From NCBI GenBank assembly GCA_964016885.1, contig OZ024742.1, positions 133,858,001-133,922,000 of the forward strand: a DNA stretch of 64,000 nt, read 5' to 3'. The notes under the pieces were generated by a model. The model had not been told where the DNA came from. It searched no databases and saw nothing but the letters and a program-made list of their open reading frames with translations. Shown here one piece after another: positions 56,511 through 64,000 of this stretch (position 1 is its first letter; every line of letters begins with the position of its first letter). The stretch is from Eledone cirrhosa (taxonomy: Eukaryota). The position numbers and the translations under genes were made by a program.

Positions 56511-57121
56511 TAGGGTCACTCTTGAGTGCTACTGGTAAAATGTAACACAGTGCAACCTGTCGCATGGTCGGTCGTCGGCGACTAAACCAAGTTTACTTGG
56601 TGAGGGAGGTCATTTTGGACACACTGCAGGACGAAAAAGAAAAGCTGACAAAAGGCGGAAGAACTCATAAGGGTTAACGGCCATCCAAAGGTGTGTAAAT
56701 ATGTATATACACATGTACATATGTATGTATATGTATATGTGTATATACATGGGTGCTTGTGTATGTATATGCGCAGGAACATAGAAATAGTCGGGCTGGA
56801 CATCCGATCGCGCGGTAAAACCACTGGGAGTGAAGGAGCCCTAGCCTTTCTCAGGGCATTCTTCTAGGAGAAGGCAACTCAGGAAACTGGGATAACTCTA
56901 ATATAAAAGCAGCGGCTCAGTAGTTACCGATGATGTTGAGCTTTTCTTCTTTTCGGGTTATATCTGCTGTCGCTCAGAGAGTGGGATTGGCTCAGTGCAC
57001 AGTTTTTCCTCACATTAAAAAATAACTTCACGCACAAGCATTGCATGATAGAATTAATTAATAATTATTAATAATGGTATATCGTGCAATGGCCATACCC
57101 GATAACGAGGGGGAAGTAATC
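56511..57121 (+). mobile_element. GC-richer interspersed repeat embedded in (TATG)n, possibly RTE-LINE 5'-UTR-like
   Basis: Sharp composition change, (TATG)n on both sides, and a CTAGGAGAAGGCAACTC motif resembling RTE 5' UTRs. Family assignment is tentative. Confidence 0.35.
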
Positions 57122-57574
57122 ATGTATGTATGTATATATATACAGAGAAAGTTTAGAACAATGGTTCAAGGTGACACACACAGTCAATCCTGTACACGCA
57201 CTCACCCCCACTCACAAACAAACCACAGAATAGGCCTTGCAAAATGACTCAAAGAGAACTAGCAGTTGAAACGGCCAAAGCTCAGCCGTCGGTTTCTGAC
57301 TATTTTTAATATAACCATTTTCTACTACCCCAAGCATCGAGTACACTATTCAGTGATTCTCTAACGATTTTCAAACTGAATCCATCCTCATCCATATATA
57401 TATATATACATATAAAAATGAGGTAAATATCTCACTGAGTACTAAGTACCCATAGAGATATATAGGGTGTCTATAATATAATTGTTGTTCTATGGTACTA
57501 ATTCGAGATACCAGAACTATAAAAATTGAGATGAGCAGAACAAACAAACATTAAACAATTCTTTAAATAAGTTA

Positions 57575-58008
57575 AAAAATGATTCAAATATCTACCTGTT
57601 CGCAATGCTATTACCGGCGGTTTCCATTTACAAAAGATTAGAAATTCAGAGAATTTCTAACGGAAAAGTAAATTTCATCAGATAGCTATTTCCATCCTAT
57701 AGGACCTAAGTCCCACTATCTGCAAATATAATGCCAACTACCAGCTCGTATGAGTTATGGCCGTTAAAGTGACCCACACGTGAACCGACCGCTAGTGAAA
57801 GCGGGAATATTACAGACGGCCATAACTCATACGAGCTGGTAGTTGGCATTATATTTGCAGACCGTGGGACTTAGGTCCTATAGGATGGAAATAGCTATCT
57901 GATGACATTTACTTTTCCGTTAGAAATTCTCTGAATTTCTAATCTTTTGTAAATGGAAACCGCCGGTAATAGCATTGCGAACAGATAGATATTTTAATCA
58001 TTTTTTTA
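57575..58008. mobile_element. Foldback with 190-bp arms and an HHR in each arm
   Basis: Arms at 57575-57764 and 57817-58008. The right end runs into (TA)n. Confidence 0.85.
57894..57973 (+). ncRNA. Canonical type I hammerhead ribozyme with long stem II
   Basis: GCTAT-CTGATGA-CATTTAC..TTAGAAATTC tct GAATTTCTAA..GTAAATG-GAAA-CCGCCGG-TA-ATAGC. Mirror copy at 57607-57686 (minus). Confidence 0.85.
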
Positions 58009-58018
58009 ATTTATATCA

Positions 58019-58099
<81 letters not shown>

Positions 58100-58106
<7 letters not shown>

Positions 58107-59324
58107 TAAAGCTGAGTGTCGTGTGTATGTATTATGTATGTATCCTACATACCTCCTTATATTTTCTTAGCTTTACTCTCTCCGTCGCTCTTCCCTCTCT
58201 CTATAATAGATCATTTTCCCTCTCTATAATTTAACTGCTTTACTCTCTCTGACGCTCTTCACTCTCTAATATTATAAAGCTGAGCATCGTCTCTCTCTCT
58301 CTCTCCCTCTTTCAACCTCTCTATAATTTAACTGATTTACCCTCTGTCTCTCTTTACTCTCTATATGACAACACTCTTTTACTTTCCGTATCTACCTTCA
58401 ATATATCATCATAGAGATGAGCGTCGTATGTAAATTCGCTCAACACGTATGTATCCTACACACCTCCCTATAGTTTCTTAGCTTTACTCTCTCCATCACT
58501 CTTCCCTCTCTCTATAATAGATCATTCCCCTTCTATATCATTTTTCTGCTTTACTCTCTCTGTCTCCTCTTCACTCTCTAATATTATACAGCTGAGCGTC
58601 ATCTCTTTCTCTCTCCCCTCTTTCACCCTCTCTATAATTTAACTGCTTTACTCTCTGTCACTCTTCACTCTCTATATGACAACACTCTTTTACTTTCCGT
58701 ATCTACCTTCAATATATCAACATAGAGATGAGCGTTGTATGTATTTTTATTTCAAAAGGATAACCTCCTTCAAATTCGGTCAACACACAAGCAGGTAATA
58801 CATACATCAAAAGGCAACTCTCTTAGAGAGACAGAGTGTGAAAGAGACAGATTAGGAAATCTACACAGACATACACACACATCTAAAGAAAGAGGGAGAG
58901 AGAGAGGGGAGAGGAGACAGAGACAGGGAATAAGAAAAAGAGGTACGGGAAAGCAGGTAATACATACTTCTAAAATTATTTGGATACAAATATCATAATA
59001 TAATGGTTGCAGATCGAAAATACAGGCAAATATAATAATGTATGTATCCCCAACACACACACACACACACGCGCGCGCACACACACAAATACACATAATT
59101 TCACACGTGGTTTCGCCGATTGCCGGATAACATCAAAACAAAACACAGACTCACACATGCACATACACACATACACATACACAAACACACACACACATAT
59201 CTATACTTTATATGTATGTATGTAAGATCATCTTCCCTCTATAATTTAACTGATTTACTCTCTCTATCGCTCTTCACTCTCTATATGCCAACACTGTTTT
59301 AGTTTCCGTATCTCCCTTCAATAT

Positions 59325-59372
<48 letters not shown>

Positions 59373-59494
59373 TTATAGAAAGGTTAGGAAAACTACACAC
59401 ACACATCTACAGAGAGACAGAAAAACAGAGGGAGGGGAAACGAGAGAGATAGGCCGTTAGGCAGAGAGAGAAATAATTAATGTGTTAGTTATTC

Positions 59495-59527
<33 letters not shown>

Positions 59528-59649
59528 AAAAGAGAGAGAGGGAGTGAGAGAGTCGGAAGGACAATGTGACACGGAAGGGTGTGTGGTATCTTTGCAGTAG
59601 AGTGGCAGGGGCAGCCATACCTAGCCGGTCGCCAGCCGGACGGGCCAGC

Positions 59650-59651
<2 letters not shown>
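58100..59651 (+). mobile_element. Probable non-autonomous Helitron with internal repeats of about 310 bp
   Basis: 5' TATAATATTATAAAGCTGAG followed by (TGTA)n; direct repeats at 58135-58425 and 58447-58735; GC-rich 3' end GCCGGTCGCCAGCCGGACGGGCCAGCTAT (CTAG-like terminus). Confidence 0.55.
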
Positions 59652-59693
<42 letters not shown>

Positions 59694-59732
59694 GCTGTAT
59701 ATATATATATATATATATATACATATATATAT

Positions 59733-59865
59733 AAAGAATGAGTATATCTACTAACATATATATACAGATGCATACCTATGCCAGCAAATATATAGGTTTT
59801 GTCTTAGTAACTTTGTGGTTCAATGCATTAAGTTAATTTTTTATAATTTTCTTATTTTACGTCTC

Positions 59866-59913
<48 letters not shown>

Positions 59914-60042
59914 GAGGCGTAAAATAAGAAAATTATAAAAAATTAACTTAATGCATTGAACCACAAAGTTACTAAGACAAAACCTATATATTTGCTGGCA
60001 TAGGTATGCATCTGTATATATATGTTAGTAGATATACTCATT

Positions 60043-60046
<4 letters not shown>
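59733..60046. repeat. Near-perfect foldback of the terminal part of the 522-bp family around a (TA)n loop
   Basis: 59733-59868 is the reverse complement of 59911-60046 and matches 48226-48378 with an internal deletion. Confidence 0.85.
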
Positions 60047-60114
<68 letters not shown>

Positions 60115-60115
60115 C

Positions 60116-60196
<81 letters not shown>

Positions 60197-60198
<2 letters not shown>

Positions 60199-60720
60199 AA
60201 TATCAACAACAACTAATTCACCATTTCCGAGAACAATTATTTCACCTGAGTCGGATCATCAGCACGGTTTGAATGGGATTATACGGAAAAGGAAAAGCAA
60301 TTATACGAATACGCAATTGCAGAAGAAGTGACTTCCTAAACGAGAGCATCTCACGTTAGATCTATGAGAGGGTGACGTATGTGATAATAGATTATTCATG
60401 TTATTCAGTCCAGTGATTACTTCGGATAGTCAGTCTGGGGATTTGAACTTATGTAATATGTGTTTCAAAACGTCTGTAGAATGAGAATACAATCCATTCG
60501 TTGTATTTAGACCAGCGTTATTACGTATTCTCCTCGGGAAATTGATTCTTTCTTTAATGCACAGCCCACAAGATGGATACCAATTTCTCTATGGCAAAGA
60601 GTTAGTAATAACTTTCCTTTGAATGAAGTAATCCATGTCTGCGTCCTTGAATCTCGCAAGCCACATATGGTCCCTCAAGGACGCAGGCATGGATTACTCC
60701 ATTCAACAGAATGTTATTAT
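60197..60720 (-). mobile_element. PLE family 4 3' fragment (endonuclease C-terminus, short 3' region, HHR) with small 5' inversion
   Basis: Minus strand from about 60650 reads KDADMDYFIQRKVITNSLP*RNWYPSCGLCIKE...GLN...LHKFKSPD*. Plus strand from 60653 reads LASHIWSLKDAGMDYSIQ. HHR at 60221-60276 (CTGATGA...GAAATAATTGTT). Ends in (TA)n. Confidence 0.78.
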
Positions 60721-63700
60721 ATATTGAACGAATGGCATAGCACAGCCCTGATGTCCAAGCCTCTTATTTACTACTATTTCATTCGGTTTCCATTTAATAA
60801 GCTTTTATGGCACATTGCAAAGGATCATCTGCAGCAAATCAACAAAGAAACAGCTTAAATGTAAACAGTTGGCAATATGATGTATATGATAAATCCATTC
60901 AAAAGATCTTTGTAATCCCTTTGTATTCGATCCATAACAGTAGTTATGACAGCATGATGTATAGCAGAAGGAGAAGTACTCATGGATACATTTCCCCGAA
61001 TAAGTTTCTAACTTTCACTATCCTCGATTTATAGTTATTCACACCCGTCTTGTATATTGCTGCAGGAACATGATTAAACGATTATCATACGACAATCGTT
61101 TAATCATTTGCTGTAAACATCTCACATTAGTAATATTGGTTCATCGAAAATGTTTGATTTTCTTGCGTATTAAATAAAGCACTTTGAGAAAGATAGCTAC
61201 CCCTCGTCTGTCCAATGAATGTACGATAGCTAACAGCACGCCAGTCACGTTGCGTTTTTAATAAAGATTTCTATTACAACTAGTTACTATTTGCCATACA
61301 ACATTGATTCTTTGCAAACGGTTATTGAAAATCGCTCCAACCAACTTCATAGGTTTGGTATGGTGTTTTACATACTCTAACAAGACATCATAGTTTCCTA
61401 AGATAGCTGTAAATTAAGGTGTATGTGTGTATTTTGTTCTCTCAATCTTTTTGTCGAACACAATGTTCCTGCGCTTTTTTTAATTTTTTGTACATGTATT
61501 ATTATGATTATGTGTTCGCCTCTTACTGTTATTCTCTGAGTCACTGTAATGTTCGATTGTTAGTTTGTGTATGCATGTCTTCACGTTGTTTTACTAAATG
61601 TTGCTTTAGAATGATGCTTACTGTATTATCTGTTACCGTTGATAATAATGCATGCCATTCGCTTTTCTTCATTAGCCCCCTTCCTTTCGTTTTCGTTTTA
61701 CGTTACCGAAATAAGTTGACGAGAGCGAGTTCATTTATTTAGGTGTTTCGTTTCACTTTATATTGGCGCAGTAGTTCGTTTTTATCTTTTTAATAGGATG
61801 GGGTAATATGAGTGAGGTTTATGTTCCGATGATTGTAATAATTTACGCCTGTGTCTTGGTTGATTTTTATTTTATTTTGTATGCCATTTTACTTGCCTTA
61901 TATTATGTTTGTAATGTCTAGAATTAGTCTTGGTTGCAGAAATGCAATGTTTCCTGTGTAAAACTGGCAGCAGCATTCATGTTCTTATTTTATAATGGAA
62001 ATAGTTGTAACACATTTATATAGTTGAAGAAGTGAGCTGTAACTGAATATCAATTTTCACCTCAAAATAATTCTGAGGGTTAGATAGTACCAGGTCTAAA
62101 ACATATATATTTCCTCCGAGATTATTTTGAATAGAAACAATGTAGTATGTCACCCGAGAGATTATAGAATATCAACCAAACGAACCTAATATTTTCTTTT
62201 GGGATTTTGCAGCTGACCGAGAATATCGACCTCGTCTATAATGACTTACCAATTAACTAATAAACCACGGTAACGTGCAATTTGAAAAGACATTGCAGAA
62301 CGTTCGTGGATGGAAAACTAGAAAGATGGTAATAGTAATCTAGTTGTCCTTCGCCTCATTCTGTATGGAGACATATGTTTTAAAAAGAAATGCGTTATGC
62401 TCAGAAATGTAAAATGTTAAGTTACAAAGCCTACGTGAGTTTTCTTCGATGCTGGAGAAGACGTATGAGTGACATTGAATAACTGTAATAATCATTATAA
62501 TCATTATTATGATCATAGTCTTCAAATCGAGTGAACGAATGTCCAGGTTCATTAATAATAGAAATACCTGTGCTAAAATGATTTAAAGGGCTATAAATAA
62601 TCTTGTTTTGGTCAACATAACCGAAAATATATTTTTGAAAACTGACATCCAACACATCTAGATATTTTGGAAAATCAGATGTATGGAAAAGTCAAAAAAC
62701 ATCAATAGAAAATCGACATTGATACATATATGTTATAAAAGGAAAAATTATCTATATGTAAGTGTTCCTTTTAATATTATACTGGACGGAAGGCAAGTGG
62801 TTATAAAAACTACAAAATAAATATGAAAAAAGTAAAACACATAGTGAGAAATTCCAATAGATATTTAAAAAACACACACAATGTATATATATATCACGCG
62901 TTTCTTTCCAAGAATTCAGACAGCTCAAAAGAAAACGACGAGAATGTATGAAAATGACAGCTTTCTATTTTCCTCCAGTCAGATTCCTATATTTTTAAAT
63001 TTTTCCTACATTTTTTGTTTACTTCTTGTACAAGTTTTCCATTGAGATCAATACTTTTCCTCTTCTTTAAACGTAGCAATAAAACCTTACAAGTTGGCAT
63101 CAGAAAGCCATTCTTAGCCTTGCAATTTACTCCCTAGGACAGAAATTACATTTTTAATGCAAGCTAATTATTTTTTCTTTTTGTCATATATTTGTTTCAT
63201 TGTGGTCATTGGTGGCGTTCTTTGATAAATTATTATTATTATTATTATCGTTATTATTATTGTTATTATTATTGATCTGTTCGGACGTCCTTTTTGCTCG
63301 CTCCCAGTAAGTTGCTTTATGTACCTGTTATAATTATTTGTTGTTAAATCTTTCTTGTTGTGTAAGGCATATAAGCACTTGAATTTGCCCTGTGAAGGGG
63401 TAAATAGAATATTTGCGCCTTTTGGCTAAATATTTGAACAATATTTGAACAGTTTACTTTTGAAATAAAAAAAAAAATAACAAATACAACATGGCTGAGC
63501 CATGCAAAGCAATATGTCTGCTGACGTCAGACAACAGCGTAAAAGTTGAGAGAAGGGTTACAAAAATTGTTACAACAGACACCACCACAAACTACGTGAC
63601 AAAGACAAAACTGAGAACACTAATTTTGAAAACATTATCTCACCAACTACACCAATAACAGTATCAACCAAATTACAGACAACAGAAAAAAATGACAAAA

Positions 63701-64000
63701 ATGCAACAATGATATTAACACCACTAACAAGAAAATAAACAACGACAACACCAACAGCAACAATACAAATTAACCCGAAAACAACAACGGTGGCACCAAA
63801 AACACAACCAACTGCAATAGTGGTAACAGCAACAACACCAACAACACCGTTTGTAGCAGTAGCAACAGCAACAGCACCAACAACAAGACCAGTAGCGGCA
63901 GCAATAATGGTACCGCTGAAAAGGCGGCCACTTCTTTCGCAGGTGTGGCCCGACATAAAAACAGTGCTTGTCACGGAGTAGAAGATGGCAGTCGCAAGAG

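Noticed and set aside
63570-63981. Hydrophobic or mucin-like ORFs
   Set aside because: They derive from degenerate (ACA/GCA)n repeats.

Overview
AT-rich, microsatellite-dense animal genomic DNA with no host gene I can identify. The SINE content suggests an octopod cephalopod (inference). The window is dominated by Penelope-like retroelements (PLEs; reverse transcriptase plus C-terminal GIY-YIG endonuclease with a CxCx5C linker, probably the Hydra clade) inserted in (TA)n tracts. The centrepiece is a very young head-to-tail array at 30517-39039 (minus strand) of about 2.03 units of 4.2 kb: one intact 819-aa ORF, one copy with a single frameshift, and a 1.7-kb 3' region holding a GC-rich hairpin-rich domain and a hammerhead ribozyme (HHR). 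At least three other decayed PLE families are present, several with 5'-inverted pseudo-LTRs. Reading the short inserts between TA tracts by hand shows more than 20 type I HHR motifs from about 10 sequence families. These include family-fixed non-canonical cores (CCGAAGA, CAGAAGA) and two ORF-less, tandem, circularly permuted HHR repeats (about 522 and 444 bp) that look like non-autonomous circular-RNA retroelements. Also present: tRNA-derived SINEs with target-site duplications (TSDs), Helitron remnants, many foldbacks and long microsatellites. Most ORFs in the supplied track are artefacts of simple repeats. All structures were folded by eye; no alignment or folding program was run.
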